Notes: a model not told the origin generated them from the letters alone. DNA of 63,588 bases, filler included, from Nemertoderma westbladi (GCA_032718475.1; 4 parts of 4 records of this genome joined end to end with filler, not necessarily neighbours in it); one strand, 5' to 3'. Numbered from the whole stretch's first letter, positions 39,077 through 52,798 are shown. Numbers and translations are program-made.

Positions 39077-42000
39077 CTACTTCCCTTTGAGTATAGATAA
39101 TGGTTTTTTGGGGGAGGATTGAGCTTCCTGAGGCTGTATTGGCATTCCTTCGTGACGCACTGTTAGATACTCGAATATTGCATCTACTCCCTTGGCCATT
39201 GGAGCGCAGGCGTAACAGCCAACATCTGACGTAACTGACTTTTCTGTGGAGCCCAGATGGTCCTTAATGCGTCCCACTATACCAGACCTCACGTCAGTCA
39301 TGTGCGCAAGTCGCACCAGGTGCCAGTTTCTTTCTTCTGGGGTTTTACATTCCATCTGCGGGTAAATAAATTAAATATCTTTTCGAAACTTCCAAACCGA
39401 TTTACTGATCCCCTGGGAGGACAGTAAATCCTCGTTTTTTTTCCGTCAAGTCATTATATTAAATTAAAAAATTTTCAATAAAAATGCATTCACATCTAAG
39501 TTTGATTCAAATCAAACAAACACACATTGTATAGATATTTTAATTAAAAACCGTACCGGTATAAATATAAACAAAATATTATCAATAATTTCCTACCATG
39601 ATATTATCAATGTCTATCCGAATTCTAAAACATGCTTTGTCGTTGCCATGCCATTGAGCTAGCGACCAATCGCTGAAGCCATCTGTTACAACAACCGTAA
39701 CTTGTATTACTTTGTTAATATATTCTAGACCCTGCAAATGTTATGATAATTAATTATAAACTTTTGCTAGAGCAGTTGGATTTAGTTGTATTAGTTCGTT
39801 AACTACAATGTATAATAAATCAATTGGGAAATAAACTTATTTTCATATAAGTTTATTTTCATAAGTCTCAACTACGAAACCTTGGTATAATTTATTACGA
39901 GCATATTGAAATCGACATTCAACATTGTAGAGCTGTCAATCATTAAGGTTTTAGCACATTATATTTTGTCGTTTACCAGTTCAATGCCTGAAACGCCCAA
40001 CATGTTTTTTGTTTTTTTTTTTTTCATTAACACATAACCGCATTACATTAAGTACTACAGTATATTTTTATTTTATTTAACAATAATCAATAACTTCCGG
40101 GATACAATATTAGGGATGACTATGACTAACCATCCGGACCCATTTCTCCGGGGTAAGACGAGCCATCAATCCCGCTTGATCGTATTCGTGTTGGGGGAAC
40201 AGCTGCACCATCGTTTCGATGATTATCGTTTTCTCATCGACGACGAAAAACAAGAAGGTGCCGTCGTCCTTAGCGGTACCATCTTCGTAAAATGTTTTCT
40301 GCCAGAAGTCTGTTTTATCTCCCTACAATATTCATTTTAAAAATCCAGGATCATTTTACCAGGATCTCTGTTTGACCTCAGCATCCAATAATCTCCATTG
40401 CAGATAATTCATTTAACCGGTTATGTGCCTATTACGAACTCGGTTTCGTTGAATTGAATAATTTATAATACTTATTTATTCCATAAAATTAAATAATCGA
40501 CGTATGTGACAATATATAGATAGATCAACATCCATTTATTGCAATTAAATAATTAAACTAGATTTTATTTTTTAATAAATATAGTATTTTTTAATTTTAG
40601 ATTATATTCTTAAGCCTACTGTAGGTACTGTTTAAAATTAATATCAAATTTCTCCTATTAATAATAATTAAGTTTAAATTAAATAAATCTTAATATGACG
40701 TAAGAAACGCAACTGACCGGATGTATCCTCAAGCCTCCTCCCTTTAGGCATTCCCAATCAGGGGGTTGGTTCAACCATCTCAAACCTCGGGGAATATAAT
40801 TAGGGTAGACGGGGTCTGTGAACTTCGTTTGGTACAAGTAGAACTCCATCGGCGGGAGGGTCTGATAGTTAGCTGTTGATGAAGAACCTAAAACAGCGAG
40901 GATTATAAAATAAATCAATTGAGAGGCTACCGGTAGGCAACTATGACTTTTAAGACACGTTTACCAAATTATTCTTATTATTTTTATTTACCGATAATGG
41001 TGGAATCACTGATATTTGGAATTCCGATGCTTTGCGATGAGTTTAGTCGGGAATCCAAACTGAAGGTTTTACCAGTATCCACACTGGTTGGTGGCCCCGG
41101 TCTACTTTGTGTAGGCGGCCTCGTGTCCACACTGGTTGGCGCTCCCTGTCTACTTTGTGTCGACGGTCTAGTGTCCACGGTCTCTTGTATTGTAGACGGC
41201 CTAGACTCTGTTGGTTGACTTCCTTGGTTTCCTTGATTCACTGCGATATAACCAAATTGGGACCCTTTCGCAAAATATTATAATTATTTTTCAGTTATCT
41301 ATCAACCGCGTATAGCAACCATCACCATTCTCATTAAAAAATTTATTAGAAAATTGAACAAATCATGTAACTCCGTATGGAGAACAGAATATTTTATATA
41401 TAATGTAGAACTTTATATGGCGGGTGATAATTGTTTTTACGGCGTATGTGATGAACCGATAACTATTAAAGCGGAATCACTGTGTAGCAGTATAGTAATG
41501 GAATTTAATGTTTTGTTTAAAATTCAATTTCTAACAAATATAGCTTTTCTTTTTATTAAAACACCTCGAGGTGTAATCTTATAAAGGGTTATATTATAAG
41601 ACTTAAAAGTAAATAATATATTTCGAATATTCAGTATTTATATTGCATATATGTTTATGGTTTATATATTAACCGTTAGTTATATCACCTTATAATAATA
41701 TCATAACTAAATTGCGATACATATAAATACCGTATGTAAATTCTACCGTACAGTATTTTATGGATTGAACTTGACTGATGGATTGTACTGGTCTGTACGA
41801 GTTATTGTATGCATTATAATACTCACTTAATACTGATGTCTGTGGTTCTGGGTTTTGGGTCACCCTAGGCGCCACATAAGTTGTTGGCTTTTCATTTCTT
41901 CTCGGGGCGTTCCTTAAATATAGAGAAAACATATATAAATTCATAGTGTAAACGATAGGCATATGCCGACATCTGGCAGTCACAAAAAGTCAGCAACAAG

Positions 42001-45000
42001 TGAATCAATAAAAACTTACATGGTGTTCAAAGCAACAAACTGTAGTTGGTCTACTATGTAATAGTCACACCTCAAACGCAATTTTAGGTTTACTCGTAGC
42101 TATGCAATGGTCCCAAGGAAATATATGTAAAATATACGTTTTTTTTTTTGAAGTAAAAAAAGTATTTCTTCAGCCGCAAGGCCAGGGATTACGCGCACAA
42201 AGTCTGACGACTTATTTACAGTGCGGACCCCCAGAGGAAACTCTAGTACTCATTTAGCTACCATTTAAGGATGCAAGGCAGAGATGCCGTCCTTTTTAAG
42301 AATTCACACCGAAACCCATGTCCTTCGTTCGGAGAGGTGTGAATTAATGCTATCACTACACCAAGGACCAATGTGGGTCTAAGAAATACAGTTTTAACTT
42401 AACAAACGTAATAGACACATTTAATAATTAGGCTTACTCATACTCAGTACTCAGGTCCCCGGTAACTTTTGGCATACTCAAACTCTTAAATCTTAACGGA
42501 AAACATCCAACCCACCTGTGGGACTACTCGAATTTACTATAACACTCTTAACAGCCATGTAACTTACTGTAACGGTCCCATTTGCGATGGTTCTGCGGGG
42601 TAAGGCCAAGGTCCCCCGGCTGGCTGAGGTCCGCTACCTGGCTGTTGGCCCTGAGTGACCGGGAATTCTCTGGGTCTGTCTGTAGGTTGAATAACAGGTC
42701 TTGGTCCAACACCAGTCGGAATCTTGTAGTCCATATATGGATTGGCAATAACATATCCTGTTTTAGAGTCTAAGACGATATTTTCACTACCAAATAAGGA
42801 AATAAACAAAATACTACAATTTCTGTACAATGCCCGAATGGTAAATAATGATTTAATAATTAAACTCCCCTTCTTTCATTAAAGAAAACAGCGTTATCTC
42901 ACATGATTATACTCTATACAGATAAATTGCGGATTTTCATGGCTTTAATAATAATTATCTAATACTAATTGATTGTCAACCTACTTTGGAACGTTGAAGT
43001 ATGGGTTGTATATATTCTGGTATCCTTGTGTGACTGGTTGGTATGAAGGAACGCCAACAGGTTGACCTGCCGCCAATCCGTAATCCTCTGCGACAATCGC
43101 ATCCCCCAAAGCCGATCGTATGATCCGTCGACCATCTGTGGATCCGGAATATTTTACTATAACTAACTAATATATTAAGTATCATTCGCACCAAAATAAA
43201 GCGCACCCGATGTATTACAATGAAGTTTGACTTTTGTCTCCCAAGGGCGGTGCCAGTTTCACTATCAAGTATGACAGACCCACCTGCATTGTACCGCGGT
43301 GCCTCTGTCTTTAGGATGGGTCTAATCGGTTTATCTTCTTCGTCGCTGTCCTTTGTCGGTTTGAGTTTATCTCTTTTTTCTTTTTCTTTCTTTTCTTTTT
43401 TTTCTTTCTTCTCCTTCTCATCTTGTTCTTTCTTCGCAGCCTTTTCTTTTTCCTTTTCCTTTCTTTTCTGTTCCTTTTCTTCTTCTTTGGCCTTTTTTTT
43501 CCTCTCCTTTTCTACCGCGATATCATCTGACGCCTATAACGAATCAACAGTACCTACTGTATATAACAGATTACGAACATGAAGCGGTTCTTTCCGCGTC
43601 AGGGTTCTGTTTGGTCCCTCTCGAACGGATAAACGTTTGTTGCTGCAACTTGTGTCTGAAGTCAGACACTTCTTGCAGCTTCTTAAAGTGCAATTATGAA
43701 CAATGGCGAATTTAATATTGTATTTATTTGTGGGTATTTATTTGATATTATGCATTTGAACTTTCTAGAACAACCCTGTAACAGGAAAGCATGTCATGTT
43801 AATTATAAACTAAACTTTACACTATTTCTGAACACTTTTAATCCACAATTGTAATATTACTCAACGCCGTTAGTATTAACAGCGAGTTGTTATTTAACAC
43901 TTTACAACTTTAGAGGACATTACAGCATTGTATTGGTGTATTATTATTATGTAATGTCCCATTGGCGTGACTTTACATCACGCCGTCATGGTACCACATA
44001 AACAATTGTTGGTATTTATTATTAATTGCCTGACAGTCAGTATTCAAATAGTTTTTATATGTGGTGTAATATAGGTATTACAGTAGCGTAGTGTAATGGA
44101 TAACACGTTTGGTTATTAATCTAAGAGCCGTTGGTTCCAATCGAACCCATTTAATTAATTTGAAAGTAGGCTCTATTATCGTATGGTACGACTGGTACGC
44201 ATGGCGTAGGGACTTACTGAGAAATAGAAAGTTGGAAAATATGTTTCCCTACGCGATTTGGTAGTGCGAAATCAATTTCACGAAATAAATAAAAGCGGGG
44301 CTATCTCAGTTGGTTGAGAGCCGGCCTGCAATCTACTGGTTGTAGGTTCGAGCCCCGCCCGTGTCCACCGTGTCCACTCAGCCTTTCATCCAGTGGGGTC
44401 GATAAAACTGATTCACTGGGGTTAAAATAATGGGACCACATCTTTGGATAGGAGTAGCGCCCGCCCCTACCCTCGGGTAGCAGATAGGAGTAGCGCCTGC
44501 CCCTACCCTCGGGTAGCAGATAGGAGTAGCGCCCGCCCCTACCCTCGGGTAGCAGATAGGAGTAGCGCCCACCCCTACCCTCGGGAAGCAGCTATCGGTC
44601 GCCTCCGGCCTCGACCGACTGTTTGCTTGCTAAATATAATTTAATATTAGTCATATTTAATTCATACACAAACGGGGATTATTTAATTACGAAAACCAAT
44701 GGGGTTTAATGGGTTAGTAGAATATTTCTTGCAAGTTACATAACATAACATAAATAAATTTGCACTCAGAGGAATTATATATTCAGTGATAAAATAAAAC
44801 AGTTTTAAAACACGAATGGAATCTGTGCGAATGTGGAAGCTGTTAAGTGTTAATCGACAAAACAATACAAATGTAAATAGGTATGTCGCATAAACCCTAC
44901 CACCTCGGTCGCATATTACCATTCTTTGTGACGTCTACAATGATGTTCAACTTTCATAGCTGAATTATTGTATCCAAAACAAAAAATGAGAGTCAAAAAT

Positions 45001-45760
45001 AGCACAGGATGCAGGAATTTATTTATTTATTTTAAGGCATCAATCAGCCTTTATTTGCGCTAATTTGTTGAACGTTTGTTTAACTTTTTGAAGAGCATAC
45101 AAAATCGATTAACTTACTGTGTGCAAAATTTATTTGTGGTGGTGGTGGAATTAGGTCATCATGATGAACTGCAGGAGATAAATTCGCAATACCGTTGATG
45201 CGAGCTAAATGAATTGCAGCAATAAAACGGGGCAATGTGAATGTGATGCAAAATTATTATGCAATTAATATATATTAAATGCCCTTAGTACATGGGTACC
45301 ACCGGTACCTACTACTTGCCTTTACTTTAGGGGGTTTATCGGTTGGTGGTGTGTCTGCTACAGGTGGTGGGGGTGGCTGGGTTGAGGCAGGGCGCGATGA
45401 GGGAGGCGGCGGTGGTGGGACATCGTCTGTCGGTGGCGTCAGTGGTGCTTTCGGGGGTGGGGTTTTAGGTGGTGGCGGGGTTGGTTCTGGTGTTTTGGGT
45501 GGCGGTGGAGGTGGTGGAGTTTGCTGTGGTGGTTTGGGCGGTGTGCTTTGTTTTTTGGGGGGTGTTTGTGGTGGTGGAGGGGTTGGTTCTGTTGAGAGCG
45601 GCGGTTTGGGTGGCGTTGAGGATTTTGTTGTTTTCTCTTGAGAAGTAACAGGTGTTCCCGGTTTTGTTGTTTTCTCTTGAGGAGTAACGGGTGTTCCCGG
45701 TTTCACGTCATCTTTTTCATCGAACGACACGTTTTTTGATTTGGAATCTACACTCGCCAT
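39077..45760 (-). CDS. 10-exon gene, about 720 aa: Pro/Lys-rich disordered N-terminus and a C-terminal DUF1349 (Ree1/ConA-like) domain
   Basis: Phase-compatible exons 45760-45320 (or 45326), 43533-43284, 43135-42985, 42786-42568, 41912-41827, 41240-40992, 40887-40718, 40322-40131, 39731-39597 and 39355-39077. Spliced C-terminus reads WLNQPPDW...KTDFWQKTFY...DDGTFL...YDQAGLMAR...WVRMGLE...VVTDGFSDWS...WHLVRLAHM...VGCYACAP. Confidence 0.8.
42170..42370 (-). mobile_element. Degenerate tRNA-derived SINE-like copy in an intron
   Basis: Minus strand starts GGTCCTTGGTGTAGTGATAGCA (A-box-like) and has an AAATGAGTAC core-like motif. Confidence 0.45.
44295..44631 (+). mobile_element. tRNA-derived SINE with an internal 36-bp x4 repeat
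   Basis: A box (TATCTCAGTTGG), B box (GGTTCGAGCCC), central CTCAGCCTTTCATCC...GGTCGATAAA motif, 36-bp repeat at 44447-44590, and a 3' hairpin TCGGTCG...CGACCGA. Confidence 0.7.
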
Positions 45761-47252
45761 TTTGGTTACATCAAGTTTGTTGAAAAATGTTTAAAAATTA
45801 TTATGTCTTAATTTGTGTACTACAGTAGTTTGACCTCTTCTGCTGCACGTTTATATATGTACCGGTACACTTCTACTATTGAATAAGTCCTACTACTGAT
45901 GATATTCTTAAAGAGTGATTTATTTTTATTACAGGGTTGTATTTGTTTATAAAGTTAATAAATAAATATATAGCATCGGCCTCGCGCAATGTATATAAAC
46001 ATGCAACTTTCGAACGCCGAAATTTGAGCTAATCTTCACTGATTTCGAATCGGAGTAATATAAGGTAGAGGAAGGAATAAGAATAGGAGGCTGAGCAGCA
46101 TTAATTTATTGATGAATTATGAAGTATATATATGAAGGACATATAATAGACTATATACTCCGGAACAATAGAAACACTTAAAATATTATATTGTATAAAA
46201 CTACACCTAATATTATAAAAAAATACTAACTATTAAAAAAATATCACAATATTATTTCGGTATCCAAGTAAATTTTCTTAATAATTACTGTGTGTTCAAT
46301 TAGCAACACAGTATACACATGATATATTATAGGCCTACTTAGTAAAGTATGATGCGATATAGTAATTTGAAATTGTATTAAATTGCAGATAGTTGGCTTA
46401 TGTGTATGTATTCTCAGCCAACGTTAATTAGACGTAACCCATATCTATGTAGTATTAGTTGTCTGAAGGTTTTGAAAGAAGTTAGGGTCCTTGGTGTCAA
46501 TCATGTTGTTGGCACATTCTTAACAACTCGGACGTTATTGTTTAGTTCATATATTAACGAGTGTGTTCTAGAACATTTAAATTGTAATTTATTACGCCAG
46601 CATGCGGAAGGAATACATTAACAGAAAATCGGATATATAAGATAGATATATCATTATTATAATAATTGGAATAGATACACCCCCAAACGGAGTAAAATGG
46701 TAAACATAATAAAATATATTCAGAGACACAAAAGATACTATAAATTAAATTTGTAAAAATATTAAAAAACCTAAAATTGTAACTTAAGAGTTATATGTGT
46801 GGTAGAGACGCGATTGAGGGTCATTGCGGACACTGTAGAGCGTGGTACGACCTTAAGATTCCGGAGATCGAACATACAGTAGTTTACAGCGGCAGTTATC
46901 GGAGATTATGTGGAACGGGGTGGGGTTGCAGTATAATTTTGTGTTGGTACCCACTACCCATGCGCCGTGAAATTAGTAACTAGGAATATGTTCTGTTGAC
47001 CACCGGTTTTCCAGGTTGGGTTTCTGAAGGCGGGTCCTGTAGTGTATTGTTGGTTTATGAAGTTAATATTTCTCTCTTGTCTGTGAGCTCGGTATTGATT
47101 AAGAGTTTCAAGGTTGAAAGCGTGTGGGTATTGTTCAAGTACATCCTCTATAAAGGTGTTTCATTATTATATTATATCATTATTATAATAAGACAGATGT
47201 AGGATATGAGGCTTAATAGGCCGAAACGCATGGCGCTGGTTTACCTCCCCCC

Positions 47253-48168
47253 CTCTGTAGTTGCAGGATGTCTGTCTCTGTAGTTGCAGGATGTCTCTCT
47301 CTGTAATTGCAGGATGTATGCCTCTGTAGTTGCAGGATGTCTGTCTCTGTAGTTGCAGGATGTCTGTCTCTGTAGTTGCAGGATGTCTGTCTCTGTAGTT
47401 GCAGGATGTCTGTCTCTGTAGTTGCGGGATGTCTGTCTCTGTAGTTGCAGGATATCTGTCTCTGTAGTTGCAGAATGTCTGTCTCTGTAGTTGCAGGATA
47501 TCTGTCTCTGTAGTTGCAGGATGTCTGTCTCTGTAGTTGCAGGATGGCTGTCTCTGTAGTTGCAGGATATCTGTCTCTGTAGTTGCAGAATGTCTGTCTC
47601 TGTAGTTGCAGGATATCTGTCTCTGTAGTTGCAGGATATCTGTCTCTGTAGTTGCAGGATGTCTGTCTCTGTAGATGCAGGATGTCTATCTCTGTAGTTG
47701 CAGGATGTCTGTCTCTGTAGTTGCAGGATACCTGTCTCTGTAGTTGCAGGATGTCTGTCTCTGTAGTTGCAGGATATCTGTCTCTGTAGTTGCAGGATGT
47801 CAGTCTCTGTAGTTGCAGGATGTGTCTCTATAGTTGCAGGATGTCTGTCTCTGTAGTTGCAGGATGTCTGCCTCTGTAGTTGCAGGATGTCTGTCTCTGT
47901 AGTTGCAGGATGTCTGTCTCTATAGTTGCAGGATGTCTGTCTTTGTAGTTGCAGGATGTCTGTCTCTGTAGTTGCAGGATGTCTGTCTCTGTAGTTGCAG
48001 GATATCTGTCTCTGTAGTTGCAGGATGTCTGTCTCTGTAGTTGCAGGATGTCTGTCTCTGTAGTTGCAGGATATCTGTCTCTGTAGTTGCAGGATGTCTG
48101 TCTCTGTAGTTGCAGGATATCTGTCTCTGTAGTTGCAGGATATCTGTCTCTGTAGTTGCATCTGTCTA
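47253..48168. repeat. 23-bp minisatellite (CTCTGTAGTTGCAGGATGTCTGT)n, about 40 copies
   Basis: Read directly; it explains the repetitive ORFs at 47241-48202. Confidence 0.97.
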
Positions 48169-49697
48169 CGTTCTTATAGTGAGAATCCAAGATCTTCTTC
48201 ATCAGTTGTGGCTGACCTCATTACATGTAGTAGGGTAGATTAATGTAAAATCATTCAAATTGTACTACAAGCATGAAATTTGGTACGAACGTTCCTTTGG
48301 GGTCACTTTGCAAGAAAAAAGTTCTAGCTAGTTTCCATGGCAACCAGTTAAATATGTGCACTACATTTGGAAAAATATATGTTGAATATATAATTTTCAT
48401 ATAATTTGTTTGTTTCCATGGCAACCGACATAAATTAAAATTTGAAATTTATAAGTCATCTGCATCGTGATATATTAGTTAAAAATAACTAGGCTTGCTT
48501 TTGTGTGTTCTCGTTTATGATTAAGGATCGAATCCAGATGGGTGTTGTGTTATCTCAACTGTGTATTTAAATGTACAGTACCTGTAGCCATAGCAACCAC
48601 ATCCATCATTATTTCCATTCAAATAACTTTATTTTGAGACTTAAAATTTATATAATATTCCGATCACTTCTTAATGTTGATTTACGGTCATTGTTCGAAG
48701 TGATTCTAGAAATCTTATAATTGAGTTGATGCCCTGGCTACTATGGTAAATATGCTTAAGTTCATAGTATCTAATGTCTATTGTTCTGGTTATTTCTGAA
48801 AATAAAAGCTACATACACCATGTCCTGGAATATAGGTTGGGATATAGGTTAGAATATATATTGGTTGGGAAATAGCTGAGATATTAGCGTTGAAAAGTTG
48901 CATGTTTTTGCACCTGCGCGGGGCTGTTTTATTCTATTAAATAAAAATACCATATTCTAGTACATTTTGTTTATGCATGAATAGCGACATAATAGTATGT
49001 TTAAAGAAGCATTGCATTGTTGCCCAGCGACGTATGGGATAAACAAAATGTTCTGGAACATTAATGTATTTATTAAATAGAATAAATGGCGTGCAGGGGA
49101 AGCAAATACATAAAATTTTTTAAAGCTCATATCTCAGCTATTTCCCAATCAAATTCAAATATTTTTACATTTTTTGAATCCTTGCATGGTTAGCTTTCTA
49201 TTTCTACCAACAAATAACGATAAGGGTCATGAATAACTGCAGTGTAAGTAAATGGTGAAATATCACCGGAGTCACATTTTCAAACGCGTGTAGCTAAAGA
49301 TTGAAAGCAAAAATAGAAATTCTGGCTCACCCAGCAAGGAGGAGGGAGGTGAAACTATCTCTGTTTCAAATTTCATGCAATCTCATTAAGGTTTGTAGAA
49401 ATTTTTTTTTTTGGGGGGGGGGGGGGGGGTCCTGGTACTTGAATAACGACACTATATTCCAGGACATGATGTAATGGGGTACAACTCAGTCCTAAAGAGT
49501 AGCATTTGCATCGTCCACCGCATGATGTATTACATCCACATTTGGTTAATTGCCGGCAACTCTTTGCAATGGCAGGTAGGGCAGTCCAAAATACCTCCCA
49601 GGAGTCATCTTCATTGACCCAGCCCCGCTTGGATGGGCGGGCACTGAATTTTAAGCTGGCTGACTATTGAATTCGTTCATGTATATGGATCCATCTC

Positions 49698-50799
49698 TGT
49701 AAAAGCTTTTGCGGACATAACAAGTCATTTTTACGCAATGCGCAGAATACTCTAAAATAGCCCTAAATTTATCCAACTACGCGACGGGAAGGAATTAGAA
49801 CCAAGATGACGAAATCTGTCAGCTGATTCTTTGTGGACGTGGAAGTTCTTTGTTCTGTCTTATTCAGCCAATCAGAGCAATTTTCACTTTATGTATAACA
49901 GAAACCTATGGAAACTCGCGCAATGCATTACGGTCTTTGTTTACTATTTTCTGAGCATCAGAACCAACTCAGAATTTTCTGTGCTTCTGTGTGGAAGTTT
50001 CAGACTTTGGCCTAGGAACATCAGATGGCTTTGGTTATAAGAACGTAAATCTATTATCCTGAACCACTGCATAAGTAACACATACTGACTGTTCACCGCA
50101 TTATTTTACTTCTGTTTATAGTATTAATTGTTGTTATATTAATGGATACTGATGTTATATTTGGAGAATACCGATAAATAATCATAAACCCCTCAATCTT
50201 CTTGATTACTGAGGTAAGAGGAATAGAGTTTACCGGTAGCAACTGCGACTTAAATTATAGTGGTTTTGTGTGAATTAAATGCTATTTCATAATCCCTACA
50301 TGTGTCAGTTGCGATCTTCCTTAGATATGATCAAATTCAGTGACGGTCGGCAGATTAGTGCGAACTAGTGTAAAGTAGTGTGAAGTAGTGTGAAGTCGTG
50401 TGAAGTAGTGTGAAGGTTAATAAAGCATCTCCTAAAGAATGCGCTATTTACGAAACTCTGTGGCCATCTAGTTGTGATTAGTATAAGTCATAACTCTGTT
50501 TTTATACTTAAAGCGCCACGTCCTAAAGGAACTGTTAATATTTCCCCGAAAGTGAATATAGTTGTCAGAGATTATATAGTAGCTTTCAATCGAATAATAC
50601 AGTAGGTCTACACTGCAATAACTCCCAAGGAATCCGAACCCAGTCTCCCACACCGTGGGTCATACGCCGCGCACGGACTGGCTTCGGCTGATGTAACTTC
50701 AGTACACTAGGTAATTGGTAAAAGGCTAAAGTCGATTTATAAACAAGAGGACAACTAAAATTGGCAGGTTAAACTGCTAAAGGTCTAAAAGCGCGAACA
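49698..50799 (+). mobile_element. Solo LTR (BEL/Pao-like) with a 5-bp TSD
   Basis: TGTAAAAG...GCGCGAACA flanked by ATCTC at 49693-49697 and 50800-50804. Homologous to 21852-23089. Confidence 0.88.
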
Positions 50800-50903
50800 A
50801 TCTCTTAAGTTCCCCATTTTTTCGAGACCTAATGCTTGCTGCAAGGGATGGAATAAGAGATACGACAATAACTACTATATAATAATGTATCATTGGCTTC
50901 AAT

Positions 50904-51562
50904 GAGCCGAGCCGAGTCGAGTCGAGTCGAGTCGAGTCGAGTCGAGTCGAGTCGAGCCGAGTCGAGCCGAGCCGAGCCGAGCCGAGCCGAGCCGAGCCGA
51001 GCCGAGCCGAGCCGAGCCGAGCCGAGCCGAGCCGAGCCGAGCCGAGCCGAGCCGAGCCGAGCCGAGCCGAGCCGAGCCGAGCCGAGCCGAGCCGAGCCGA
51101 GCCGAGCCGAGCCGAGCCGAGCCGAGCCGAGCCGAGCCGAGCCGAGCCGAGCCGAGCCGAGCCGAGCCGAGCCGAGCCGAGCCGAGCCGAGCCGAGCCGA
51201 GCCGAGCCGAGCCGAGCCGAGCCGAGCCGAGCCGAGCCGAGCCGAGCCGAGCCGAGCCGAGCCGAGCCGAGCCGAGCCGAGCCGAGCCGAGCCGAGCCGA
51301 GCCGAGCCGAGCCGAGCCGAGCCGAGCCGAGCCGAGCCGAGCCGAGCCGAGCCGAGCCGAGCCGAGCCGAGCCGAGCCGAGCCGAGCCGAGCCGAGCCGA
51401 GCCGAGCCGAGCCGAGCCGAGCCGAGCCGAGCCGAGCCGAGCCGAGCCGAGCCGAGCCGAGCCGAGCCGAGCCGAGCCGAGCCGAGCCGAGCCGAGCCGA
51501 GCCGAGCCGAGCCGAGCCGAGCCGAGCCGAGCCGAGCCGAGCCGAGCCGAGCCGAGCCGAGC
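50904..51562. repeat. (GAGCC)n pentanucleotide microsatellite, about 130 units, with GAGTC variants at the left end
   Basis: Read directly. Confidence 0.98.
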
Positions 51563-52153
51563 ATGTAGGAATATCCGTGTGTCAGCATCTTCATGGGTAC
51601 ATGGGACCAATTCTTGTAAGTTAATTCTGATTTCATTCACGGTGGTGGCAGCGTCTTCTTCTTTGGTGGTGGTAACTGGATTTAGATTTAAATTGGATTT
51701 TTTTACAGTTGTCATCTCAGCCACTTTGTCCGCAAGAAAATGGAATAGCTCTGTTTTATTGGCGCTATTTCTAATAAAGCTCATCCAATTTGATGGAGTT
51801 TTGCTTGTTGCTATTACTCTCCTTCTCTCCCACTTGCTATTACTCTCCTTCTGACTGCCTTTCCTCTTTGGGATCTTGTTTCTAATTTCAAGCTGGACTG
51901 ATAGTACACATCAAAGATAATATATGTTCCCTTGTGTTTCATGCTCAACTTTTGGAATAATATCCATTATTGCATACTCGTCAAAAAAATCTGTAACATG
52001 TTCTATTGAACATAACTCAATCAGTCAATCTGTAAAATCATAGCCATTCAGTGAAATCAATAATGTGTTAGTAATAGGATTGCGAAACATCAGGGAAAAC
52101 AATCGGCAAACATTAGGCTTAACGGTAATTGCGTTTATGTGGGTCTCACTTAC

Positions 52154-52798
52154 ATTGAGTGACACATCGGCATCAGATGGGGTTGTAGTTGGTGGTGGCG
52201 ATGGTGGTGGCGGGGAAGGAGGTGGCGGGGATGGGGGTGGCGGGGATGGTGGCTCCCGTCGAGGTGGGGGTGGGGCGTGTTCCAAGCTCGGTTCTGTGGA
52301 TGCACGTCGATTGGGTGTTGCGTTTCCTGGCGTCACGGCTCGGGGAGGAGTTGAACTTACCGTCGGGGTATCCGGCTTCCGACTGACTCCGGTAGGGGGT
52401 GTCGCAGTCGGAGTTGCTGCTGGGGATTTGCGTGGCGGGGTGCCAGTTTGTGATTTAGCTGTTTGTGAGTCTGCTAAGGATGCTCGTCTTCTCTCTGTTT
52501 TCTGTGGAGTAGGTCTACGACTGTCTGTAAGCGGTTCGTCATCGAATGTTACAACTCGAGCATCGGTGGCTGCTGGAACAGGTTTTATTTGCTGAGTCTT
52601 GGGTTGAATTGGTTGAGTTTTGGGCTGAGTTGGTTGAGTTTTGGGCGGTGTTGGTTGGGCTGAGGGTGGACGACTGGGTGGATTATATGAAGGTCTTCGA
52701 CTTGGTTGTATTGATGGGGGTCGGCTTGATGGAGGAGGAGGAGGTGTGGTTGGTGGTGGTGGTAGTAGTGGTGGTGGTGGTGGTGGAGGATCACTCAT
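52154..52798 (-). CDS. Pro-rich first coding exon, possibly an alternative first exon of the DUF1349 gene
   Basis: ATG at 52798, 215 codons open, strong donor AAT|GTAAGT at 52153 (phase 0). Composition resembles the 45320-45760 exon. Confidence 0.6.

Larger units (their letters stand above)
48231..52010 (-). mobile_element. Degenerate Academ-like (XPG-domain) DNA transposon remnant
   Basis: Left end starts TAGGGTAG. Minus-strand remnants IFDVY..SSLK..TR, NKTELFHFL, CTHEDADTRIFLHA and ANDT..VVI are XPG/PIN-like. WTALPAIAKSCRQLTKCGC..C..RCKC..L.CT at about 49460-49620 is a Cys-rich finger. Confidence 0.65.

Noticed and set aside
44082-44150. tRNA-like sequence
   Set aside because: Degenerate A and B boxes, no acceptor stem and no terminator. 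At most a SINE head or tRNA pseudogene.
47200-47235. ATGAGGC...GCCGAAAC resembling a Penelope-type hammerhead
   Set aside because: The CUGA of the core is missing and stems I and III could not be found.
47241-48202. Long repetitive ORFs here and at 50777-51784
   Set aside because: Translations of the 23-bp and 5-bp tandem repeats.
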